Shown here piece by piece: positions 1 through 8,177 of a stretch of 64,000 nucleotides of DNA. The number at the start of each line of letters is the position of its first letter. The first letter of the stretch is position 1. Source of the DNA: Minisyncoccota bacterium (lineage in GTDB: Bacteria; Patescibacteriota; Minisyncoccia; Minisyncoccales; JAQTPW01); assembly GCA_028712565.1 (NCBI GenBank), contig JAQTPW010000004.1, forward strand, positions 838 to 64,837, in the 5' to 3' direction. The notes beneath the pieces are model-generated. The model did not search any database. It worked only from the letters and a program-made list of their open reading frames with translations, and was not told where the DNA came from. The position numbers and the translations under genes are program-made.

Positions 1-192
1 GGCACAAAAAAACATCCGACCGAAGCATGGGTTATGTACCAAACAGTAATATCAAATTTTAAAAATCAAAAAACAAAAAAAATAAAAATTATCAGCGCTT
101 GGCGATATCCGGGAATTACCCCAAAGGGTACAAGGCCAATAATTCCGGAAAATGTCTTGGAGGACTTGAAAGAAATAATAGATAACTCTTGA
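1..192 (+). CDS. 3' end of an unidentified CDS that starts upstream of the window
   Basis: Frame 1 is open from base 1 to TGA at 190-192 (...IISAWRYPGITPKGTRPIIPENVLEDLKEIIDNS*). No family recognised. Confidence 0.3.
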   Translation, partial: GTKKHPTEAWVMYQTVISNFKNQKTKKIKIISAWRYPGITPKGTRPIIPENVLEDLKEIIDNS

Positions 193-217
193 CTTAGCTT
201 TTTATTAACTATATAAT
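189..217 (+). promoter_or_regulatory. sigma70-type promoter
   Basis: TTGACT 189-194, 17-nt spacer, TATAAT 212-217, upstream of the GTG start at 319. Confidence 0.45.
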
Positions 218-318
218 TATCTGTTGGGTATTTTTATAATGAAACAAGCTCTTTAAATTATGGGATATAGCGTGCGCAGATAGCGTACGCAAAAAATATT
301 GAAGGAGGAGACAAAAAG

Positions 319-714
319 GTGCAAAGTGAAGACGACAACCGAAGGGGATACCTTCCCGTCGCGGAATTAAAAAAATACCGCGAATTGTTGCTCAAAGAGG
401 AAGATAAAACTAAAAGCGAAATCAAAAAACTGGAAGGTCCACGCATAGAGGGCGAAGAAACACGAGATCGTATTAGAAAGAAACAACTTCAAGATGAAAA
501 TGATAAACTGGATATGATTAGAGCAAGATTCGATCAAATCCAGGCGAATCTCAAAGGACAGGGTAAAAGCTTCGAAGATTGCGATAAGTGCAATAAGTCA
601 ATTGAGAAATTCAGATTAGTTAATTTTCCCTGGTGCAATCTTTGCATTCCGTGTAAGGCAAAAAAAGATCAAACAACCCCAAATCCCCTAAGGATCCCTA
701 TTTATTCGAAGTAA
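319..714 (+). CDS. DksA/TraR-family C4 zinc-finger protein
   Basis: GGAGG 9 nt before the GTG start. Charged coiled-coil N-terminus followed by CDKC-x17-CIPC, typical of the DksA/TraR zinc finger. Confidence 0.6.
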   Translation: MQSEDDNRRGYLPVAELKKYRELLLKEEDKTKSEIKKLEGPRIEGEETRDRIRKKQLQDENDKLDMIRARFDQIQANLKGQGKSFEDCDKCNKSIEKFRLVNFPWCNLCIPCKAKKDQTTPNPLRIPIYSK

Positions 715-727
715 CCCAACAAACTCC

Positions 728-764
728 AAGCGCCAGCTTCCCAGGTCTGGCGCTTCATTTTTTG
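728..764 (+). terminator. rho-independent terminator
   Basis: Stem AAGCGCCAG 728-736 / CTGGCGCTT 747-755 followed by a T-run at 757-764. Confidence 0.75.
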
Positions 765-802
765 ATTTAAGTTGCCGGAAGTGATAAATTATATATGAAA
801 TT

Positions 803-2050
803 ATGAAATTTATCGCTGATTTCCACATCCATTCAAAATATTCCAGAGCCACGAGCCATGATATGGATTTGGAAAGTTTGGATAAATGGGCAAATATAAA
901 AGGCATTAAGGTTTTGGGAACCGGGGACTTTACTCACCCCGAGTGGTTTAGGAATTTAAAAGAAAAATTAGAGCCGGCAGAGCCCGGACTTTTTAAAATA
1001 AAAAATTCAAATAGCCAAACCCGCTTCATCTTAACTACAGAGATAAGCTGTATTTATTCAAAAAATAATCAGGTCAGGAAAATTCATATTATAATTTTTG
1101 CTCCTTCTTTTGCGGCTGTTGAAAAAATCAATGCCAATTTGGGCTGGATAGGAAACTTAAAATCCGACGGCCGGCCAATTTTAGGTTTGGATGCAAAAGA
1201 ATTGGCAAAAATCGTTTTAAATTCTTCTCCAGATTGCATGATAGTACCTGCTCACGCTTGGACGCCGTGGTTTTCAATATTCGGCTCAAAGTCAGGTTTT
1301 AATTCAATACAAGAATGTTTTGATGAATACACAAAATATATTTTCGCAATTGAAACGGGACTTTCCAGCGATCCGGCAATGAATTGGAGATTATCTGCTT
1401 TGGATAAAATAACTCTAATTTCCAATAGTGATAGCCATTCTCCAGCAAAAATTGGCAGAGAGGCCAATGTTTTTGATGCAGACATGAGTTATCAGGGAAT
1501 AATAGGGGCCATTAAAGAAAAAAATCCTCAAAAATTCCTTTATACGATTGAGTTTTTTCCGGAAGAAGGAAGGTATCATTTTGACGGCCATCGTGCCTGC
1601 GGGATTAATTTGTCTCCGCAGGAATCAAAAAAATATAATAATATCTGCCCGACTTGCGGAAGGCCTTTGACCATCGGGGTTTTAAACCGGGTTGAAGAAT
1701 TAGCAGACAGGCCAGAAGGCAAAAAACCCGAAGGAGCAATTCCTTTTAAAAGTTTAATTCCCTTGCCAGAGATAATTGCTGACGCTTTGGGAGTTCTTCC
1801 CGGCGCAAAATTAGTTGAGGGGGAATACAAAAATCTAATTAAAAAATTTGGAAATGAGTTTGAGATATTATTAAATGCTAGTCCCTTAGATTTAAAAAGC
1901 GCTACTTTGGCAGAAATTGCCGAAGGGATAACAAGAGTAAGAGAGGGTAAGGTTTTCATAACCCCCGGCTTTGATGGAGTTTACGGAAAAATAAATATTT
2001 TTTCGAAGGGTGAGCAGGAAAGATCTCTTAACCAAAAAACCTTATTTTAG
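803..2050 (+). CDS. EndoQ-like PHP-domain endonuclease (TIGR00375-type)
   Basis: N-terminal PHP motif DFHIHSKYS, PAHAWTPW, SNSDSHSP, a zinc-finger CPTCGRPLTIGVLNRV, and C-terminal PGFDGVYG. Length of about 415 aa fits EndoQ. Confidence 0.65.
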   Translation: MKFIADFHIHSKYSRATSHDMDLESLDKWANIKGIKVLGTGDFTHPEWFRNLKEKLEPAEPGLFKIKNSNSQTRFILTTEISCIYSKNNQVRKIHIIIFAPSFAAVEKINANLGWIGNLKSDGRPILGLDAKELAKIVLNSSPDCMIVPAHAWTPWFSIFGSKSGFNSIQECFDEYTKYIFAIETGLSSDPAMNWRLSALDKITLISNSDSHSPAKIGREANVFDADMSYQGIIGAIKEKNPQKFLYTIEFFPEEGRYHFDGHRACGINLSPQESKKYNNICPTCGRPLTIGVLNRVEELADRPEGKKPEGAIPFKSLIPLPEIIADALGVLPGAKLVEGEYKNLIKKFGNEFEILLNASPLDLKSATLAEIAEGITRVREGKVFITPGFDGVYGKINIFSKGEQERSLNQKTLF

Positions 2051-2053
2051 AGC

Positions 2054-2416
2054 ATGATTGAGGAATATAATTTCGGCGAAATTTTAATTGACGGAAAAAA
2101 ATACGATAGAGACATTGAGGTCAGATGGACTGGCGAAATTTTGCCTTGGCAAAAAAAGGAAAGCCATTTGATAGATTTAGAAGATGTTAAAAGAGCAATT
2201 GATCAAAATCCCGGTACGATTGTCATTGGCACTGGCGAATCGGGTCAAGTAAAAGTGACAGAAGAAGCAGAAAAAGAGATTAAGCAAAAAGGCATAAAAT
2301 TGATCATTGATTTGACAGAACAAGCAATAAGAACCTTCAATATTTTAAAAGAGGACTCTTTGGAAGAGGAAGGAGTGCAGGAAAAGGTAATCGGGCTCTT
2401 CCACTTGACTTGTTAA
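2054..2416 (+). CDS. Mth938-domain (DUF498) protein
   Basis: Begins 3 nt after the EndoQ-like gene. Pattern FGEILIDGKKY...IVIGTGESGQ...LHLTC resembles the Mth938/NDUFAF3-like fold family. Confidence 0.5.
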   Translation: MIEEYNFGEILIDGKKYDRDIEVRWTGEILPWQKKESHLIDLEDVKRAIDQNPGTIVIGTGESGQVKVTEEAEKEIKQKGIKLIIDLTEQAIRTFNILKEDSLEEEGVQEKVIGLFHLTC

Positions 2417-2434
2417 GGCGGGTATGCTATACTC
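2406..2434 (+). promoter_or_regulatory. sigma70-type promoter
   Basis: TTGACT 2406-2411, 17-nt spacer, TATACT 2429-2434. Predicts a leader of about 135 nt before the ATG at 2575. Confidence 0.45.
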
Positions 2435-2574
2435 TTTCTAGACCAATAAGTCGTATTGAGGCGCCCACTCGGGCAAATCAAGTATCTTAAATTAAGTTCC
2501 GTTTATCGAAACGAAATAAGTAGAGCGACCCAAGGTCATTAAAAGGTCGTTCTATTTAGTAAACGAAAACGTAT

Positions 2575-2757
2575 ATGGCATTCGAAAAATTCGATGAGCA
2601 GAGAAGAGATTTTCCTCCCAGACAAACTGTAAAAGGAGACTGGAAATGTGCCGATTGCGGAGCTGCAATAAATGAGCTCCCATTCGAACCATCACCAGAT
2701 CGCCCAATTTATTGCAGAGATTGCTGGTCAAAGAGGAGAAGTCAATTCAGACGCTAA
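2575..2757 (+). CDS. small CxxC...CxxC zinc-ribbon protein (resembles the CxxC-x17-CxxC family)
   Basis: CADC-x18-CRDC with an ELPFEPSPDRPIYC core, 60 aa, basic tail. Confidence 0.6.
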   Translation: MAFEKFDEQRRDFPPRQTVKGDWKCADCGAAINELPFEPSPDRPIYCRDCWSKRRSQFRR

Positions 2758-2776
2758 TCTCGATCCAGTAGAACTG

Positions 2777-2812
2777 GAAACCAAAACCCGCCGAGAGGCG
2801 GGTTTTGGTTTC
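2777..2812. terminator. bidirectional rho-independent terminator
   Basis: 16-bp stem GAAACCAAAACCCGCC / GGCGGGTTTTGGTTTC with loop GAGA, between convergent genes. It overlaps the ispH stop codon. Confidence 0.8.
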
Positions 2813-3671
2813 AACTCGGATTCCGAATAATAAGATTCCCCTTTGTTTTAAAATGCCCTTCTAAAAATTTTTTAATTTCTTCAATTTCCCAATCGGGAAC
2901 AGAAGTTCCAGAAACTATCCCCAAAGTAGAGATATTTTTAAAATCAACTTTTTTTAAATCTTTTCCGGAATTTACCAGCCAAACCGATTTTTTATTTTTT
3001 TTGACAATTTCCACCAATCTTTGGGTATTCGCTGACGTAAAAGAGCCTATCACTAAAACGCCTTCAATCTTTTTAATAATTTCAGAAAGTTCCTTTTGGC
3101 GGGAGAGGACTTGGGGGCAGAGAGTGTTTATCCATTCCAATTCTTTTGTTTTATCTTTCAGGATATTTATAATTTTATCAACCCGTTCAATGCTCTGGGT
3201 AGTTTGGCTTATCACTCCGGCTTTCTTTATCTTTTTTAACATTTTCGCCTGAGATTCTTTTTCAATTATTATAGCTTCGCCGTTTACGTATCCTTTTATC
3301 CCCTTTACCTCTGGATGATTTTTTTCTCCAATGATAATAATCTTATATCCTTTTTGAGAAAGAGTTTTCGCCGCCTCCTGGGCTCTTTTAACCAGGGGGC
3401 AAGTAGCGTCTCTTATTAGAATATTTTTTGGAAAAGTTAAGGGAGGAATACCATGGGCTCGAATTACCAGAGTGCCTTTTTTTGCCTCTTTCGGGTTAAA
3501 AATTATTTTTCCTCCTCTTTTTTCAAAATTTTTAATTACCTTTTCGTTATGAATAATTTCTCCTAAAAATTGAATCGGTTTTGGGTCCATTTCCAAAGAA
3601 TGATCAGCAATATCTAAAGTTCTTTTTACTCCGGTGCAGAGGCCGATATTTTTTGCGATTATTATTTTCAT
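2811..3671 (-). CDS. ispH: 4-hydroxy-3-methylbut-2-enyl diphosphate reductase
   Basis: [17 protein letters not shown]..., conserved Cys positions and overall LytB/IspH pattern, 286 aa. Confidence 0.8.
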   Translation of the reverse strand: MKIIIAKNIGLCTGVKRTLDIADHSLEMDPKPIQFLGEIIHNEKVIKNFEKRGGKIIFNPKEAKKGTLVIRAHGIPPLTFPKNILIRDATCPLVKRAQEAAKTLSQKGYKIIIIGEKNHPEVKGIKGYVNGEAIIIEKESQAKMLKKIKKAGVISQTTQSIERVDKIINILKDKTKELEWINTLCPQVLSRQKELSEIIKKIEGVLVIGSFTSANTQRLVEIVKKNKKSVWLVNSGKDLKKVDFKNISTLGIVSGTSVPDWEIEEIKKFLEGHFKTKGNLIIRNPS

Positions 3672-4735
3672 AATTTTTTCGGGTTCCAGACAATTAAATT
3701 ATCTTTTGTTTCAAACTTTCCTTCCAAAAACTTTTCAATTACCCAAATATTAGTTTTGCAATGATTTGTTATTTCAGAAACTAAAACTTGAGATTTACTT
3801 TGCGACAAAGCCATATAAGGCAAAATTTGGTCGGCTAAATTCCTATCAAGGCAAAATCCATCTTTTGCATCATTTAATAATTTCAAAGCCGCTTCTTTGC
3901 CGACATCCTCGGCTTTTTTGCCCAATTTTCCCAAATTGTCAGCGCCAAGAAGCGCGTTTTCGAATTCAGCCATCAAACAAATATTGCTTCCCGGGGATTG
4001 GACAGAATAGTATTCCTGTTTTTCTTCTGTCGGCAACTTTAACCTCCGTAAAATTTCCATAGCTCCTGCAATTTGGCGCTCAGCCACTTTATTATTTTTT
4101 AAAGATTCTGAGGCGCCGGAAATGATCAAAATTTTAATTAATTTGCCTCTTTCAGTTAAATCAATACGTCCTATCTTGGCTGGCTGGATGTTGGTTTTAA
4201 CTCGAGCTCCGCCTTCCGGATAATAGCCTCTTTTTAAAACATCAAGGCCTATTTCTGGCCCAATTTTCACTAAAGTTTTTAAGAAAACATTTTTAAAGTA
4301 ATCTATGGTTGGAGAGAAAAAAGTGTCGGTTGCCCCGCCGTCAAAAGAAATTTCTGTATTTTGAGGCGAAAACAAAGCAGGAGGTATCAATGCTTGCAGC
4401 AGCAAAGTAATGCTTGCCGCAGTATCAATTTTTATCTCAAAATTTTTTGCCAAAATTTCATCCGGATAAAAAAATATCTCTGTTGAGCCCAAATTATCTC
4501 CTTCTAGTTTTCCATTGCAAAGCTGGGATATTGTCTGAACCCCAAGAAGATGTTGGAGTGCCAAACCCGGCTTTTCCCTGCCCGCTCTTATATTAAAAAC
4601 ACGGCAGGGTTTTCTTGTGACTGCCGAAAGAGATAAGGCGGTTCTTAGAATTTGGCCGCCTCCTTCGCCAAAAGACCCGTCGACTTCGATTAAGGGCTGA
4701 TTTGCCATAGAATTGACTTTAGCAGATTCTAGCAT
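3668..4735 (-). CDS. rtcA: RNA 3'-terminal phosphate cyclase
   Basis: [19 protein letters not shown] signature and a length of 355 aa. The stop overlaps the ispH start by 4 nt. Confidence 0.8.
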   Translation of the reverse strand: MLESAKVNSMANQPLIEVDGSFGEGGGQILRTALSLSAVTRKPCRVFNIRAGREKPGLALQHLLGVQTISQLCNGKLEGDNLGSTEIFFYPDEILAKNFEIKIDTAASITLLLQALIPPALFSPQNTEISFDGGATDTFFSPTIDYFKNVFLKTLVKIGPEIGLDVLKRGYYPEGGARVKTNIQPAKIGRIDLTERGKLIKILIISGASESLKNNKVAERQIAGAMEILRRLKLPTEEKQEYYSVQSPGSNICLMAEFENALLGADNLGKLGKKAEDVGKEAALKLLNDAKDGFCLDRNLADQILPYMALSQSKSQVLVSEITNHCKTNIWVIEKFLEGKFETKDNLIVWNPKKL

Positions 4736-4785
4736 ATTATTAAAAAATTATTAAAATTTACGAATAAAATTTTTCTTTTTAACTA

Positions 4786-4813
4786 TTGACAAGCATTCTT
4801 GTTGCAGTAAAAT
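4786..4813 (+). promoter_or_regulatory. candidate promoter of the greA leader
   Basis: TTGACA 4786-4791, 16-nt spacer, TAAAAT 4808-4813. About 265 nt upstream of the greA ATG. Confidence 0.35.
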
Positions 4814-5010
4814 GAAATGTACAAACAAAAAGAAATCACGGTAAATAAAAATAATTTCCACCTGAAAGCTTTCATAAAATTTTAATCAAAATTATTTATA
4901 ATCAAATGCATTATAGTTTGGAATTAATAAAATCAATTAAAAATTTAACCTGTCTAAAATGGAACCAAGCCATTGTTTCTGGCGCTCCATTTATTAGACT
5001 TATTCGTTGA

Positions 5011-5070
5011 GGGGATTTTGCTACTTTCAAACATTTTGAGAACGAAATCCCCCCAGAGAAGGGGATTTTT
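5011..5070 (+). promoter_or_regulatory. greA leader with mutually exclusive hairpins (candidate attenuator)
   Basis: GGGGATTTT 5011-5019 and GGGGATTTTT 5061-5070 can each pair with GAAATCCCCCC at 5044-5054. The second hairpin ends 10 nt before the ATG. Confidence 0.3.
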
Positions 5071-5079
5071 AAAAAAATT

Positions 5080-5556
5080 ATGGACGAAAAAAAGTATTAT
5101 TTAACTAAAGACGGATTAGAAAAATTAAAGAAAGAGTACGCGGATTTAAAAAATATAAAGCTTGCCAAGACCGAAGGAGAGGTTCCTAAGATTTGGCACT
5201 CCGAAGATTTAAATCCCGAATATTTGTCTTTTCAGGAAGATCTTGATTTTTTGAATTCAAGAATAGCTGAACTTGAATATATTTTAAAAAACACTGAAAT
5301 AATTAAAGTTCCATCTAAGGATAAAAAGAACACGGTTGGCTTGGGAGCCACGGTTACTTTGGAGGAAGCCGGAGGCCGGATTAATGAATTTACATTGGTT
5401 GGATCTTTGGAAGCAAATCCCTCATTAGGGAAGATTTCCAATGAGTCCCCGGTTGGGAAATTTCTTCTCGGCCACAAACTCAATGATGAAGTTGTAATTA
5501 CTTCACCGATTCAAATTATCTACAGAATTAAAAAAATCAGATATAATTTAACTTAA
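5080..5556 (+). CDS. greA: transcription elongation factor GreA
   Basis: YLTKDGLEKLKKEY N-terminal coiled coil and C-terminal ISNESPVGKFLLGHKLNDEV, 158 aa. Confidence 0.9.
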   Translation: MDEKKYYLTKDGLEKLKKEYADLKNIKLAKTEGEVPKIWHSEDLNPEYLSFQEDLDFLNSRIAELEYILKNTEIIKVPSKDKKNTVGLGATVTLEEAGGRINEFTLVGSLEANPSLGKISNESPVGKFLLGHKLNDEVVITSPIQIIYRIKKIRYNLT

Positions 5557-5606
5557 AATTAATTGAAATTTAAGTTACTTTATGTTAAAAATATATCAGT
5601 AAAACC

Positions 5607-5615
5607 TGGTATATT
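5607..5615 (+). promoter_or_regulatory. extended -10 element TGGTATATT
   Basis: TGnTATAnT-type motif 13 nt upstream of the ATG at 5628. The same TGGTAT core recurs at other gene starts in the window. Confidence 0.3.
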
Positions 5616-5627
5616 TTTTAATTTAAA

Positions 5628-6896
5628 ATGAAAAATTCTCTTAACTTTTTAATTGAAGCAAATAAGCTAAAAGAAATTCCAAGAACCGGCTGGGTTTTAA
5701 TGAAGGTAAAAAATCCCGAAACCATAGCTGAACATATTTTTAGAGTAGTTATTTCTGCCTGGGTTTTAGGATATTTAAAAAAATTTAATGAGAAAAAACT
5801 TGTAAAACTTGCACTAATTCACGATATAGTTGAAACTTATGCCGGAGACAAAACCCCCTTTTTATATTGGGAAGGGCTAGATAGAAAGAAAACAGAAGAT
5901 GAAGAAGTTTTGTTAAGGGGGGTAAGACTTTCTAAGGAAGAGAAAGAAAGAAGGGGAGAAATAAAATTTCAAAACGAAAAAAACTCGCTTTTAAAATTAA
6001 CTTCTTTCTTAAATCCTTCGCTAGGCAACGAAATTTTTTTATTGTGGTTTGATTATGAAAAAAGAATTTCTCGGGAAGGGAAATTTACTAAACAAATTGA
6101 TAGGATAGAAACACTAATTCAATCGATTGAATATTTTGGTTCCAAAAAGATTACAGGAGGAACTAGCTGGTGGGAGGGTACTGAAGAGATAGTTGAAGAT
6201 CCTATGCTTTTGGATTTTTTGCATATCATTCAAAATAAATTTTACGGAAAAAATTTTCCTAAAAATAAGGAATTAGAGAATATTTTAGATTTTCTGTTAG
6301 AAATAGGTAAATTAAAAAGAATGCCAAGGATGTATTGGATATTAAGAGGCATTAAAAATCCCGAAACTGTAGCCGGTCATATTTTTACCTTAACCTTAAT
6401 GGCTTTAATTTTTGGCAGAGAAAAGAAACAGCTCAATCAGGAAAAGCTATTAAAAATGGCGCTTTGCCACGAAATAACTGCGATTTGTACTGGGGATACA
6501 ATTCCTTATTATCTTGATTTGCCTAAAAGCCAAAAAGAACGGAATGAAGTCTTTAAAAAATTGCCTCGTTTATTAAAAGAACAAAAAGCAAAAAAATTTT
6601 TTATTGATTATAAGGCGGAAAAAATTGCTATTAAAAAAATTACTTCCAAATTAGATTCCAGTTTAAGAAATGAAATTATCAAACTTTGGGAGGAATATAG
6701 GACCAAAAGCAGCCCGGAAGGATCTTTCTTGAGCCAACTTAATGTTTTGGCCGCCTTGCTTCAAGGCCTTTTATACCAAAAGAAAGATAAAAATTTTTCT
6801 GTTGGCGCTCTTTGGGAATGGGCTTTTGAGGTTTGCGACGATCCCTTATGCATTCAATTAATGGATGAAATGAAAAGAAAATTGCACAGAAAATAA
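5628..6896 (+). CDS. tandem-duplicated HD-domain phosphohydrolase (two YfbR/HDDC2-like modules)
   Basis: Two repeats of PRTGW...NPETIAEH...HD. The first has LALIHDIVETYAGD; the second has MALCHEITAICTGD, a degenerate HD motif. Confidence 0.6.
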   Translation: MKNSLNFLIEANKLKEIPRTGWVLMKVKNPETIAEHIFRVVISAWVLGYLKKFNEKKLVKLALIHDIVETYAGDKTPFLYWEGLDRKKTEDEEVLLRGVRLSKEEKERRGEIKFQNEKNSLLKLTSFLNPSLGNEIFLLWFDYEKRISREGKFTKQIDRIETLIQSIEYFGSKKITGGTSWWEGTEEIVEDPMLLDFLHIIQNKFYGKNFPKNKELENILDFLLEIGKLKRMPRMYWILRGIKNPETVAGHIFTLTLMALIFGREKKQLNQEKLLKMALCHEITAICTGDTIPYYLDLPKSQKERNEVFKKLPRLLKEQKAKKFFIDYKAEKIAIKKITSKLDSSLRNEIIKLWEEYRTKSSPEGSFLSQLNVLAALLQGLLYQKKDKNFSVGALWEWAFEVCDDPLCIQLMDEMKRKLHRK

Positions 6897-6898
6897 CC

Positions 6899-6926
6899 TT
6901 GACTTTTCTAATTTAGGAGTTAGAAT
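6899..6926 (+). promoter_or_regulatory. sigma70-type promoter
   Basis: TTGACT 6899-6904, 16-nt spacer, TAGAAT 6921-6926. Confidence 0.4.
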
Positions 6927-6985
6927 AAGTGCAAAATCAGACGACCTTAACAATTAAAATTTCAGACACGAAAGGAGGAGAAGAT

Positions 6986-7429
6986 ATGGTAGGATCGGTA
7001 AAAACAATTGGGAAAAATAAAAGCAAGGGAATTTTGAAACCCCGAAAATCACCTGAAATTCAAGCCCAAACTCCAATCGGAAAATTTATTCGAAAGGAAA
7101 GAAAGAGGCGGAAACTAACGCTTCGGAAACTTGCATCTCTGTCTAATATTTCGGCATCCCATCTTGGCAGGATAGAACAGGGCAAGCGCAATCCTTCTGG
7201 AGTTGCTCTAGTTCATTTATCTCCCATATTTGATGTCCCCGTAGAGAAACTGTTTGTGACAGCCGGCTTCATGTCTCAGCAAACTAGCCCGGATGACGCG
7301 GCGTGTTTGATAAATCCTGAAGTAAAGAAAGCTCTGGAGCAAGAAACTTTCAAAACCCAGCGAGCAGTAGTAGCTATTTTTGGGTTAATTAAAGTTTTTG
7401 CCGAATTGCTAAACACGGAGGACGGATAA
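6986..7429 (+). CDS. XRE-family helix-turn-helix transcriptional regulator
   Basis: AAAGGAGGAG SD precedes the ATG at 6986, so the GTG at 6929 in the ORF track is probably too long. HTH segment LTLRKLASLSNISASHLGRIEQGKRNPS. Confidence 0.65.
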   Translation: MVGSVKTIGKNKSKGILKPRKSPEIQAQTPIGKFIRKERKRRKLTLRKLASLSNISASHLGRIEQGKRNPSGVALVHLSPIFDVPVEKLFVTAGFMSQQTSPDDAACLINPEVKKALEQETFKTQRAVVAIFGLIKVFAELLNTEDG

Positions 7430-7450
7430 AATATATCCGTCCTTTTTATT
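7419..7450 (+). terminator. rho-independent terminator
   Basis: Stem AGGACGGATA 7419-7428 / TATCCGTCCT 7434-7443 followed by TTTTTATTTT. It overlaps the stop codon. Confidence 0.75.
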
Positions 7451-7513
7451 TTCCCTAATTTTAAGGTAAAATACCTCAATGCGCGGATTAATAAACTAAG
7501 GTGCATCATAAGA

Positions 7514-8140
7514 ATGAAATTAGGCATTAATAAAGTTATTAGGACGTTAATTATTTCCGACTTTTTCCTTCAGTCCGGCTGGGGACTAATTGGGCCGATT
7601 TTCGCTATTTTTATAACAAAACAAATAAGTGGAGCCATTGAAGCAGTAGGTTTTATAGTTGCGACTTATTGGCTTACAAAATCAATTGTCCAACCATTCA
7701 TTGCCCATTTTTTTGACGTAGTAGGCGGAGAAAAGGACGATTTTAATTTTTTGGTAATCGGAATGTTTATATCAAACTTAATTCCCATAGGATATCTTTT
7801 TTCAACCCAAATTTGGCATTTATTTTTACTTGAATTTATCAGGGGTTTGGCCATGGCGTGCGTAATCCCAACTTGGTCGGCAATTTTCACAAGGCATATC
7901 GATAAAGGTTGGGAAGCTTTTTCATGGAGTATTGAGAGTACAGCTATTGGTTTTGCCGCAGGTGTTGCCGCCGCATTTGGAGGGGTGATTGCCGCAAGTT
8001 CTCTTGGGTTTAAAGCGCTTTTTATTTTAGTAAGCTCTCTGGGATTAATTTCCACCTTTATTTTGTTTTTAATCAGAGACCAGCTTTTTTTAAAAGACCA
8101 TTTTGCTCCTCGGGTTCCGCCTTCCGAAAAACCATTTTAA
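7514..8140 (+). CDS. six-TM membrane protein resembling the N-terminal half of an MFS transporter
   Basis: Hydrophobic pattern of about six helices in only 208 aa. No second half follows. Confidence 0.4.
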   Translation: MKLGINKVIRTLIISDFFLQSGWGLIGPIFAIFITKQISGAIEAVGFIVATYWLTKSIVQPFIAHFFDVVGGEKDDFNFLVIGMFISNLIPIGYLFSTQIWHLFLLEFIRGLAMACVIPTWSAIFTRHIDKGWEAFSWSIESTAIGFAAGVAAAFGGVIAASSLGFKALFILVSSLGLISTFILFLIRDQLFLKDHFAPRVPPSEKPF

Positions 8141-8177
8141 TTTTAAATTAAACCTGATTTTATAAATTATTAGAACT

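Noticed and set aside
4815-5010. Short ORFs in the greA leader (22 aa from 4823, 34 aa from 4906) and the possibility of an SRP/6S-type RNA
   Set aside because: These ORFs have no SD and no recognisable peptide. The region is extremely AT-rich with little predicted structure apart from the 3' hairpins reported separately.
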